Shown here: piece after piece, positions 13,476 to 24,429 of the stretch
Numbering within the stretch: position 1 is the stretch's first letter
Layout of the letters: every line of letters begins with the position of its first letter
Notes under the pieces: generated by a model
Database searches by the model: none
What the model saw: the letters and a program-made list of their open reading frames with translations, nothing else
What the model was told of the DNA's origin: nothing
Translations under genes and position numbers: made by a program
DNA from: Balanoglossus misakiensis
Lineage: Eukaryota > Animalia > Hemichordata
DNA length: 64,000 bases
Reading direction: 5' to 3'
NCBI GenBank assembly: GCA_040954595.2
Contig: CM082598.2
Coordinates: 4,913,097 to 4,977,096, forward strand

Positions 13476-16400
13476 TTCAGACAGTGTTAAATAGCACAGA
13501 AATGTTGGCTTTTTGTCAAAGTTATTTTTGGCGGGAATTATTCAAGAAATCATAGGATATAGTCAAATCCCCCAATCAGCCTCTGGGCCAGATTTGAAGA
13601 CAATTTATAGTTCACAATTCCACTTACAGGGTCCCTTCTTGATTGACAGGTTATGTCGACCCGGATACTTAGTATTAAAGAAAAAGTGCCACAAAGAATT
13701 CCATTTTATTTCCAAACAACATAGCCAGAAGTGTGGTTTATAGTCCCTTTTTTCAATTTCGTCAAATCTCTGAGCAATTCCCTGGGGTGTAGTCTAACAT
13801 GTGCTCAGGTGCCATTGTCTGGTCGTTGCTGCTTTAATAGGATTAGGATTACTGTCGTGTCACCTGCCCAACGTGGAACTAGTTTCATTGTCCGCCCTTT
13901 CATAGATTCTGAGCAATACAGCGTCAAAATGGACGTCCATTGCTTCGAGGTCAATTCAATTAGAACAATCTCTGAACGCAATCCACTCATCAAACGAGCA
14001 GAATATGTGTGCCGTTTAATCTATTATACCCTCCATACTTGTCCACTGTGTAATTACGCAATATACACGTATGAGCTTACAGAAATTATCCTTCATAAGG
14101 GGGGGGGGTCATGCATCAAAGATACAAAAAGACAAGCGGGGTTGAAGTAAATACATGTAGTATAGCAACCAGTAAATGCACAGGCATCTTTTTCGTAATA
14201 ATTCGACAGTGAAACACATTTGTAAGGAATCGATTTGAATTTATAACCTGTGCAATATGACATTCATAAATAACTAACGAGACCTTCAATAATAATTGAT
14301 GAGTCCTTGAATAATTAATGATGTTTATTCAAAAGTTAACTCTAATAAGAAACAACACAATCTTGACTCCCATTGCGGTGGTTTTGCGTGAATACAGATA
14401 TCAATACCCCAGACGTTCCTACAACATTAATTATTTCAAATAGTTGGTCTATGTTAGATGAAGGGCGCGCTAAATGAACGCGACTCTTGGAATTTGCATA
14501 TGCCGTGACGTGTAAATAGCAGCTTGAATCACTCATTCGTTCACCAGCGGTAAAACCTAACTTCTGTCGTCGCGTGTATTTACTTCAAGCGTAACACCAC
14601 TCGTGAGAAACAGAAAACTGACACCGTGTGGCCGGTCGTGACGAAAGCGCCTTGAAAATTGCAATATCAGAGAAGTAAAACAAAAAACATGTTTACGCCT
14701 TCCAACGCATTGATTTTATCGCCAGCCTTCAAAATATTTGGTAAACACCGGTTACTCGGTCTATGGAGGAATCCAACGATGAAAGCTAATTTATTTGGAT
14801 TAATAAGATCCATTTCATTAATCCGTTAACCTCTTTCTCTAAGGATTATTTGAGTAATCTATTATTTATTCCGTTGACAGCTGAGGTCGATGAGACATAA
14901 AGTCACGGGTTTGCTTTCTGTGATTCTGGGAAGGTGTATGTTTAGGGAATTTGACTTCTAATTTAAAGTCTTCGCAACAATGTAGCCGTTTTTTCTCTCT
15001 CAGTTGCAGATTTTATAATCTTTTCTCGTGGAAGATTTTTCGATTTATTTTTTACCACGAAGCCCAGTGGTGTGGAAAACAATCGTGTTGTTTAGATATG
15101 TACTGATGTGTACATGATTTCATTATTTTCTGTGTAAGCGAGATCGATAACAGAGTTCAGTGATACTCTAAGTTTGCATTGAGAGTTGGCAGCTGTGTGG
15201 GTATGGCTTGTTTGGACAGGATTAGAGTTCACAAAATTCAAGGTAGAGACGTTGAAGGGGAGGGGGAGGGGGAGGGGGAGGGGGGCTTGGACAGGGGTAA
15301 AGAGAGGGGGGTCTGAGTCGAAATTAAACTGACCTGCTATTAGAGAAAGGGACTTTGGTATGAAGTAAAACAATATCACAACATAGGAATGACACGGCAG
15401 GTCAGGTGTGTGTAGGTCACTTTTTGTGAATTGACTGAGTTTATTAAGAAACAAATATAGTTGTAGTTTAAACAAGACGAATGCTTATACTATGCGTGGA
15501 GAAACACAACTCAATACTTGAGAAAGCATTCCATCGCGTTACATAAACCAAACCTGATTTAATTTGATTACATTTGGAATGCAATTCCAATAATGGTCTT
15601 TCTCTCAAAATATAAAACCGACATGTTTCACAATGTGTTAGGCTGGAACAAGATCAATTCTTTTAAGATGTCACACGGTATACGAGTTATCTTCAACTTT
15701 CAGGAGTCTGGAGCAGACGTGTTGTAAATTTAATGTTTTAGTAAAACCACTTTACTGTGGTTCCTCGATAAAGTCAAAAACCATTCTGGGTCACGTGCGT
15801 CAGTGACTAGAGGGCGCAGTAAATAGGCGTGGCTGACTGGACTCGACCAGTACAATATTCTTTCGGTACATGACAGTTTTGACAGTGTCTTATCCCAGAA
15901 CTTTGTGTAACTGGCATTAGCATGGTCGGGGAAAAAGAAGAAGAAAAACACCCTGTCGAAAGGATTAACACTTAGAAGCGTGAATTGGGGGATTAAACAC
16001 AAGAGGAAATCTGAGTGGGTCTGGTGGCAAGACCACCTTGGGTCAAGTAGGCCGCCGGATTTAGCGGTAATCCGTTAGAGTGGATTAAGATGTCACACCC
16101 GCAGATTAGTAACTTGAGAATCGTTTACAAACTTTTTGTGTGTGGAAAATCTGGTCAGCTTTTAAAGTCCGACCTTGCTTGGGTAAACACTCCAAGTGCC
16201 ACTTGTAAATCTTGCTATTTGTCAGTTGAATCCTGGGCACCTTCTCTGGTTCAGTTTGGTCTGTATATGTCCAGTGTTTCATCTTGGTGGGGTGGTATTC
16301 TACCCCTGTTGATAAGTTGGCACCCCCAGCAATTTGTCAAGGGCCGGGGGGGGGGGGGACCAGTGCCCCTTAAAATGATGTCACTCACACGTATGAGATA

Positions 16401-17400
16401 TTACTGTCCTGTAGTTAGAAAGTCCGCAGATTAAAAACAAATGAATGATTGGCAAACGTTACAGCTCAAGGACAGGAAATGAGCTGATTACAAAGAGGTC
16501 AGTTCTGGTCCAAGGTCAGCCAGGAATAAGTTTACAGGTTGAACTTGGTCCACCTGTAAACAATAGCGGTACTGTTTGTCATGTTTAATAGTGATTATTT
16601 CTCAGGCTCCATACAAACTTCAGTCAAACCTGTGTTAGTCAGGTGTTGGTAGATGATTTTTATTTGTATATATTCTGACATAGAGATTGATTGATTCAAT
16701 GGTTTTGTTTTCGTTTTTGCAATTTAGCAACGAAAATGCCAACAACATTTTGTTACACATTTCCAAGACAGACCTGGGAGTCACTCGCATGTCGAATTTA
16801 AGATTTGAACTAGAGAGGGCGTCGTCCACATCAATTTCGCAGCAAGACTCACAACCAGTGCAGTGTACACCATTTGCTTCATGATCATTTTCAACAAAAC
16901 ATATACTTAACATTAATGTTTTGTTCAAAACTTAAAATTCAGGACTGTCCAGTATGTCACAAAATATTCAACTTAAAAATGCCATTTTCAGGATTTACTG
17001 ATATACAAGGTGTTCAAAACTGTTCACAGTAATCTGTATTTTTCAGCATCAAGCATGGGTGGCTAAATCACGTTTGCAGGAACTTCTCAGACTGTGATGT
17101 TAAGTTTTTCAAGCACTTTGAAAGACTCACAGAAAATGGGCTTAAAACTTCTAGGGTAGCACATCAGATTAAAGACTCAATCCACACCAAGTCCAGTTTT
17201 TTTTTATTACTTTATAACCATTGACACTCATAAGAATAATTTTGCACTTGACAAAAAGTAACTTTCTCTCAACTTTGCTGAATAGAGTATTTTGTGCTCA
17301 CTTTTGTTAATTGTGAATTTGGAAAGAAAATTGCTATCATGATTTTTTTTGAGATTTTTAGCGAAAATGTTTTATTTTTTATTCAAAGCAAATGCTATCA

Positions 17401-20400
17401 CTATGATGCCTCCTCCTTTTCAGTTTTGACTGACATCCACATATCATCCTGAAAGGTCTCATTTTCATCGACCAGTTCTGTTTTGATCACCACTGGGAGA
17501 GCACTCTCCGATGCAAATGTCTGGTCACTCATATCTGTAGCAGGCACAAAAGCATCTGTTGCCATGGACACGCTCTCGGAACCAACCCAGCAAGTCCTGC
17601 CGACCGGGCACTCTCTAATCTCCTTGTCGCCTTCCTCGTTTTTCATCACCACCCATTCCGTCGTCACGTCCTCGCTTCCCGGACCCGTCCATTCAGGCGA
17701 CGCCTCGCTCTCCACGGCAACGGTTTCCGTGGCGGCGTCCTCCCTCGGGTCGTCCGGGGGCTCGGTCTTTACTACCACTGTGCTAGTCACATGATCAGTC
17801 ACCTGATTGAAGTCTACAACTTCGGTGGCTGTGGGCAGTGAGATTGCGTCAAAGATGATTTTTTCTTGTTGCCGTTGACAACACTCCTGTCTCGCTTCTA
17901 ATGGCTGCCCGATGTGATTGATAGGTAACGCTTTGTCACCAGTTGACATATTTTGATCTGGCGAGTATGTTACAGACATCCCTGCTTGAACCAATTTTCT
18001 TGGGTATGGGAGGTGCCCACTGTTATTACACATGGACACAGCATTCGGACTGAACCCAGGGTTGCCCTCTGAGATTGCCCTCGCAGGGGACTTTTCCACA
18101 GGTCTTGTCATCACGCCGTGGGCTGCATCTGTTTCATCATCGTCCTCGTCGCGAAACAACTCCGTCGCTCTCTTGATGGCATTTTCAAAGATGAATTTCC
18201 GAGTCTCCGCGATGACCGACTCGGCCTCAGAAATGAACGACTTGGTGTCATTGATGATGGAGTTGTTCGTTTCCATGGTTTTGACTGTTCTTGTGAGGTC
18301 TGACAGAACTCTGTCGGTTTCATTGACAGAATCAGACCTTTCACTGATCAAAACAACAGTTTCATTGTCAGTCAAACCAGCAGTGTCATTGATGGCAGGT
18401 GTAGTTTCTTTGGCTGAAGTTAGACTTTCATTGATGGCAATAGCACTTTCATTGACAGAGGTTAGACTTTCATTGATGGCAATGGCACTTTCATTGACAG
18501 AAGTTAGAATTTCATTGATGGCAATGGCAGTTTCATTGACAGCGGGACCGGTAGTTTCATTGGAATCATCAGTGGTTTCACTGACGACAACAGGACTTTC
18601 ATTGATGGTGGCAGTGGCAGCAGGAGCGGCCCCGCCCACAGTCCACCTGCCGTCTGTCGATACGACTTCTTCGCTGTTGAAAATCAGGTGTTTGTAACAC
18701 CACAGAAGAGCGCTTGGTTGGTCACTTGACAAAGTTGGGCTATCTTTGTCAGGGCCAGCCGTCTCTTCTACATGTAAGTCACTCTCCTTTGCGGTCAGTT
18801 TCTGCGTTGAGGTGGATCCCACATTCACTGGGGCACTTGTCCTTTTTCTTTTTGCCTTGGCGCAGACCATATTTGGCTGTGGATGAATTCTCTGATGCGC
18901 CGGTGATGGTGCTTCACCCGTATCACAGTCTGTCCCTACCTCACAGCTCTGTGAATCTCCCACAGATGGAATAATATCGCCGGAGAGCACAACATCAACG
19001 TGCTCGTTCCCGGCCTCGGGCGCTAAACTCATCACACAGCTGATGACCGGGTATTTGTCCAGATCCGCTGCACGGGCTGGGACGTTTACATTACCGGATG
19101 GTGTTTGCGCGCCCCTGGCATTGTTGCTTGTCTGTTCCGCGTCACCACTGTGAACAGTTCCAATATCACTTGTTTGCTCCCTGGACGTACCTGTAAAACC
19201 AGCATGGCCCCCTGCACTCACTGCTGAGCATTCAGGGTTCCCCTGTGGTGGAATCGCCATGGGCAAATCCCCACTGTCTGCATATGTCTCCTTCTCGAAG
19301 AACAACATGTACGGAAGTAACCGCTCTCTCGCAAGCGCCGACCACGACACGGTGACTATCTGGTCGTTGATCATCTGGTACCAGCACTTCTTGTGCTTCA
19401 TGACGACGGTGAACCGCCGTTCCCTCGCGCGCCTGCCGTCCGACAGATGCACGGTGTACTGTGAGAAGTAGATGACGGCGTATAGTGTGTAACGCACCTG
19501 AGAGTTGCCTACGGGTACCAATATGGTGGGTGTTATTGTGGCGCGGACAGGGTTGACGCCGTACGCGTTCGAAACACAGACCACCAGATTTCGGGGCATC
19601 CCTCCCAACTTGGAACTCTTTTTGAATAAGGAGCTTCGGGCGCACTGCGGACAGTATCGGCGCACTGCTTGCCCTCGGAAGTAATTATCCATCTCGGTCT
19701 TCAGAAACCAATTGACCGTGCCGCTCTGGACGAACAGCACCAGGTAGTAGACCATCTTCATAACCACGTGTTTGAAGCTGCAGCTCTCGCACGTCGAGGT
19801 CTCCCACAGGGAGGCGATGAAGGACTCCTGGAACAGCGACGGGGGGACGCACTCCTTGATGTGCTGCACCAGGTGGATGTAGAAGCGCGCCGCGTCGTAG
19901 CTCTCCACCGACGGGAACTTGTCCGGCTTCAGGGCGACCAGCGACATGAAGATGCTGTGCGCCGTGTTGGCCAGCTCCTCGCCGTAGAGCAGTTTCAGCA
20001 TACTGCAGAACGTGCAGAAGAGTCCTCGGTCCTTCGCGCAGGCGTGGTTCTTCCCCACGAAGATCGCGTACCTGAACGGCCTGCCCAGTCGCATGATGTG
20101 CAGGATGACTACCATGAAGCTGGCGTTGGCCAGGCCCGCCGCCGAAATGGCTATCGGGTTGAAGTTCCGATTCACGATACAGCGTGCCTCTTTCTTGGCC
20201 TTCTCTGCTATATCCCCAGCGCAGAGTGAATTCTCCGGTTCGACTTTGACACAATCCATCTTGGATACACCGTGACTGCTCCCGTCGCTATTTTTCAGGT
20301 ATTTCTCTAGTCTCTGGCCGGGCTGCAACAGAGCAACTGCCCGCACTGAGCCCGCGGCTGCAATGGTGAACGTTCTCGCCCGGTGTCCGTCGGTTTCGTC

Positions 20401-21702
20401 TTCGGAATCCTCCCCGGAACTCACACTGTCTCCATCACCGTCGACTTCGCCCGCAAGTTCATCGCTATGTCTCTCTACCTGGCCATCCCCGCCGATCTCA
20501 CCACCATTGGCAGTTCTGACTACTTTGCCGCCGATAACCGACCGCACACCGGGTACATGTATTTTCCTCTTGCCGCGCTCACCAGGTTTCTTCCCTCGAA
20601 GGAGGCCATCGCTCTCCTCCGGCAGCATGTCCTCGATGGTGTCTTTCAAGACGCCCACTTTCTGGCAGAACAGGACGCTGAGTTTACTCTCGAAGATCTT
20701 CTTCTTGTCGACAGGTGCGATTCTGCTCCCGCCGTATCGGTGCCACTTCTCCTTGTGGAAGATGTAGAGCACCTCGGGGAGATAGTTCGGGTATATGCGC
20801 GGCCTCAACGCTGCAAACACCCGGTAGACGATGTTCCCCTCGGCGGTCGGCACGACGATCTTGTCGCTCAGGTGGTGGTAGTAGTAGGCCGTACTACGAT
20901 CGACGATCCTGACGGTCAGCATCTTTGGCGCGTTCAGTATCGAGAAGTGTCTTTTGTGTTTTCGATTCTGGCACTGTGCGCAGGGGTGAAGTTTGTCCAT
21001 AGGCTGCCCCCACTCCAGACCCTTCACGTGGTAGGTGAACTGATCTCGTTCCAGCATCTCCGCCGGCACGAGCAGGCTCGCTAGTCTCAGGGAGAACCGT
21101 CTCGCAAAACCGCACCCGCGACAAGTGTCTTTTATCGCGGTCCGGAGGAGGCACAGCTCGTCCATCGACCTGTGGTCGTAGATCTGCGACAGCCACTGCT
21201 GGAGGGCCGTCCAGTAGAGGTGGGCGTCGACGCGGCTGCCACCGGTGACGTCGAAACCGTTCATCACCCGCCGGAAGTGGGTCTCGTAGAACGCCTGGGA
21301 CGACACGAACATCTGTTTTTCGTACTCGGCCGTGATCACCCTGCGCAGGAGACACACGGCTTTGGCGCAGTCGTCCGGGCACATGGCGTGATAGAACGTC
21401 GTCTGCAGCAAACGATGAAACGGCGCTGCATGCCGCAGCACCTGCAGGACGAAATTCTGCGGCGTTACGCTCTCGTTGCTGCCGGGAAACAGACTGAGGA
21501 CCTGACCCACCGGTGCGCTGGCCAGTTGAAACACCGCCACTAGAGGCTGAGCACGCTTTTGTCTTTGAATCTTGAGGTGCTTGAGTCGAGTGCTTGTCCG
21601 TGGCCCATTTCTGTACGCAGTTTTTTGGACTTTACCGTCGGGATGTCGTATTATGACAATCTTGTACGATTTGTCCTCCATACTGGTTTCTTCAGTCGCC
21701 AT
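17401..21702 (-). CDS. Tandem USP-like (peptidase C19 fold) pseudo-deubiquitinase, paralog A, 1433 aa
   Basis: Intact long ORF with Kozak-like ACCATGG. Two USP-like units: about 21480-20660 (QNFVLQVL, CRGC, CAQC, APKMLTVRI, YRVFAAL, KWHRY, VLFCQK) and about 20160-19290 (GLANASFM, YDAARFY, CESC, CPQC, MPRNLVVCV, YTLYAVI, WYQMIND, PYMLFFEK). Catalytic Cys and His are absent. Confidence 0.8.
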   Translation of the reverse strand: MATEETSMEDKSYKIVIIRHPDGKVQKTAYRNGPRTSTRLKHLKIQRQKRAQPLVAVFQLASAPVGQVLSLFPGSNESVTPQNFVLQVLRHAAPFHRLLQTTFYHAMCPDDCAKAVCLLRRVITAEYEKQMFVSSQAFYETHFRRVMNGFDVTGGSRVDAHLYWTALQQWLSQIYDHRSMDELCLLRTAIKDTCRGCGFARRFSLRLASLLVPAEMLERDQFTYHVKGLEWGQPMDKLHPCAQCQNRKHKRHFSILNAPKMLTVRIVDRSTAYYYHHLSDKIVVPTAEGNIVYRVFAALRPRIYPNYLPEVLYIFHKEKWHRYGGSRIAPVDKKKIFESKLSVLFCQKVGVLKDTIEDMLPEESDGLLRGKKPGERGKRKIHVPGVRSVIGGKVVRTANGGEIGGDGQVERHSDELAGEVDGDGDSVSSGEDSEDETDGHRARTFTIAAAGSVRAVALLQPGQRLEKYLKNSDGSSHGVSKMDCVKVEPENSLCAGDIAEKAKKEARCIVNRNFNPIAISAAGLANASFMVVILHIMRLGRPFRYAIFVGKNHACAKDRGLFCTFCSMLKLLYGEELANTAHSIFMSLVALKPDKFPSVESYDAARFYIHLVQHIKECVPPSLFQESFIASLWETSTCESCSFKHVVMKMVYYLVLFVQSGTVNWFLKTEMDNYFRGQAVRRYCPQCARSSLFKKSSKLGGMPRNLVVCVSNAYGVNPVRATITPTILVPVGNSQVRYTLYAVIYFSQYTVHLSDGRRARERRFTVVMKHKKCWYQMINDQIVTVSWSALARERLLPYMLFFEKETYADSGDLPMAIPPQGNPECSAVSAGGHAGFTGTSREQTSDIGTVHSGDAEQTSNNARGAQTPSGNVNVPARAADLDKYPVISCVMSLAPEAGNEHVDVVLSGDIIPSVGDSQSCEVGTDCDTGEAPSPAHQRIHPQPNMVCAKAKRKRTSAPVNVGSTSTQKLTAKESDLHVEETAGPDKDSPTLSSDQPSALLWCYKHLIFNSEEVVSTDGRWTVGGAAPAATATINESPVVVSETTDDSNETTGPAVNETAIAINEILTSVNESAIAINESLTSVNESAIAINESLTSAKETTPAINDTAGLTDNETVVLISERSDSVNETDRVLSDLTRTVKTMETNNSIINDTKSFISEAESVIAETRKFIFENAIKRATELFRDEDDDETDAAHGVMTRPVEKSPARAISEGNPGFSPNAVSMCNNSGHLPYPRKLVQAGMSVTYSPDQNMSTGDKALPINHIGQPLEARQECCQRQQEKIIFDAISLPTATEVVDFNQVTDHVTSTVVVKTEPPDDPREDAATETVAVESEASPEWTGPGSEDVTTEWVVMKNEEGDKEIRECPVGRTCWVGSESVSMATDAFVPATDMSDQTFASESALPVVIKTELVDENETFQDDMWMSVKTEKEEAS
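18350..18610 (-). repeat. Coding minisatellite in paralog A (42-bp/14-aa unit with a 21-bp sub-period)
   Basis: Repeated TTTCATTGA on the + strand; encodes NETAIAINEILTSVNESAIAINESLTSVNESAIAINESLTSAKET. Confidence 0.85.
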
Positions 21703-21730
21703 GGTTACTGGAGTGTACTATGTCATCTAC

Positions 21731-22639
21731 CTGGGGTCAACAAGAAAGGGAAGGTTAATACAGATAAATAAATGCTGGCTAACACAATACAAGGTGAATC
21801 ACTGATTAGGATTTACCCACCAAACACCTTGGTTTGATCCTAATCTACTGTTTTCTAATGGCAAAGTGGGATCTCTACACAGGGAAATGGGGGTTACAGC
21901 ATTACCATGTAAACTTTCCAGTGACGTTATAAAAGCCCCAGTAACTCCAACTTTGGACTTTTTTCTCAGCAATGTTTTGTTTATCAATCTGGTTTCTTGT
22001 TATACTCAGTGTTTGCTCAGTATTTTTTTTTTCAACAAAGCTCACCTTTAGTAATCATCACTGTTATTGTTGAAAAAAAAACTGAATTCAATTCCAGAGT
22101 TGAATTCATATATCGACAGTAACAATGACCATTACTCATATACAGGCTTTGTTGGGAAACTAAAGAGTGAACATTTACTCTATTTCATGTTCTGTGTTTC
22201 AATCACAAACTCTATATTTACATTCACGTCAATCATTCTACACACAAAGTCATGGCAGCATAAATCAAGCAACTTTTGACATCTGCTGTGAATGTGTTTA
22301 AATGGCTTGATGCCAAATTGCCATGGTAACGAATCTCCATGTTGCTTTCTGAGTAGTAACTAAGTAAGTTGTTATTGTTGTTGATACAAAAACAAGCATG
22401 TTGTGCTACCCCATTCAGTATTTTTAATAATTTTTCACATATACGGCCCAGGTCAGAGACTATTCGTTAGTTGCAATCATCAAGTTTTTTTATGATAAGA
22501 CACGTGTCCGTTTCAGCTTAGCCTTCAATCGACAAGCCTTTTGCCACTCGCGTGTTCCGATCACAAACGCTAGCCTTGTTAATTTATGTTCGACAATGGC
22601 ATAAACACCATGTGTGAAAGCCTGTGTATAGGGACTCAC
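21731..22639 (-). other. Predicted 5'-UTR intron of paralog A
   Basis: Minus-strand donor CG|GTGAGT at 22639 and pyrimidine-rich acceptor TTGACCCCAG ending at 21731, 28 nt upstream of the ATG. Same arrangement as paralog B. Confidence 0.6.
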
Positions 22640-24429
22640 CGAAATGCAACATTGCAGATCAGATCTACCACGTTACACGACTATTTTTCCAGTGGTTGTT
22701 CTTGTTATGATACAAACGATTTCTCTCAATCTCCCGGCCATTTTCAATGTCCCTAAGTATCCCTAAACATTTCCACCTCGATCGCACCGTTTCCATTGAG
22801 ACATGTTAAAAGATGGACGTATCGTGTGCTTCGTTTCAACAACCCACTTATAGATCGATTTACACTCCCATTTTTATACAATCAAGGACATTTTCACGTA
22901 TTAAACGTTTCTGACTCTTGCACTTTTAATTGTCACATATTTCTCCTCACTAATGTTTGAGAAGATATGGTGCCTGAAACACAGCCCGTCCTCTGCTCAT
23001 TCAAGATATGTAGGGTCAAACGATTGGACGGGAAAATTAAACAAGTCGTCCCCTCAGTACGTTTCAAACTGTCGTCAAACGTGTAATAACAACGACCAGG
23101 CTACGCTCCATGCCAAAATAGCGTCGTTTTTCAAGTTTGAGTGCCACATTATAGATGACAAACTGCATGTTCATTGCCTCGGGTCAAACCAGGTCACGGC
23201 ATATCCGGGGTATGTTGACATGGTGCCGTTTCGGGTTCAGAATTAGTTTCGGATACCAAGGCGGTCTATGTGCAAACCCGTTTGATATTTGGATCCTGTA
23301 ATAGCATTACTGTGCCGAAAGTTTGGGAGTCATGACATGCACTAATTTACATATTAAGAAGTTTTTGCAAACTTTATTCATGATTAGGCCGAATGTAAAG
23401 AATTAAAAGAAAAAGTAACTGTAGATTTTAGAAACATATTCAGAATTTTTATTTTTCATCTACCGGTACTCCCTGCGACATGTTGATATGCCTTGTTATC
23501 AGTTTATGTCATCATCATCATCATCATCATCATCGCCTATATGAACAATAATCAGCAATGTTTTGTCAACTTAAATTTAATTCTGACAAAAACTCAAATA
23601 TCAATATAAATCAAACGATGTGGGTATGAGACCTATTAAAATTGTTCCAAAGCCAATATTTTCCTTCAAACAAGGATCAATAGTTTACATGCCTGTGCAG
23701 AATCTTGTACGTGTGAGGGTGCAACCATGGGTGAATGGAAAGAATTAATACATGGATGGTTGGATAGTTTGATGGCTCAAGGGACATATAAATAAATACC
23801 AACAGAAAGTTCTACCTTTTGTGTAAAATGTTTATTAATGTCTTCATACATAACTTAGTTCATAACAACTGGTCTGATGTATATTGCTTTCAGTTATTTC
23901 TGTCAGTCTTAGTCATAAGTATTGCAATATTAATCTGTAGACAATAACTGACTTCGATACTTGCCAAACAATGGTAGAAAAACTACATAACAGACAAAAC
24001 CAGGTTCTCAGTGTTAACTCTCAGTGTCCAATACATTTCCTATTTACAAAAAAAAAATTAAAAATTGACTTGTAAAAAAATTAGTGATGTAATATCAAAG
24101 TGAAACATGTCTAATCCATGTACATGTATCCCAAGTCAATATTCTTATTTTTGGTCAACATTTGGGTTTTTTTTTTTCACAATCTGAACAAAAAAATCTG
24201 AATGTGAACATCCCTGGGTATTTCTGGTACTTTCAAGATATTGGACTAACAGCTTCTGAGAAGATTTTACAAAAAAGTAAATGAAAAACTAGAAAATTAT
24301 TGATATCAGCAGAAAATGGTCGAAATTTAGGAAGTCTTAGCTTACTAATTTTCAACAGTATGATTTCAGTGTCTTTTTTAAAATTATCCTCTGCAAAACG
24401 TCTTTTAATGTTCAATTCTGCAATTGTGA

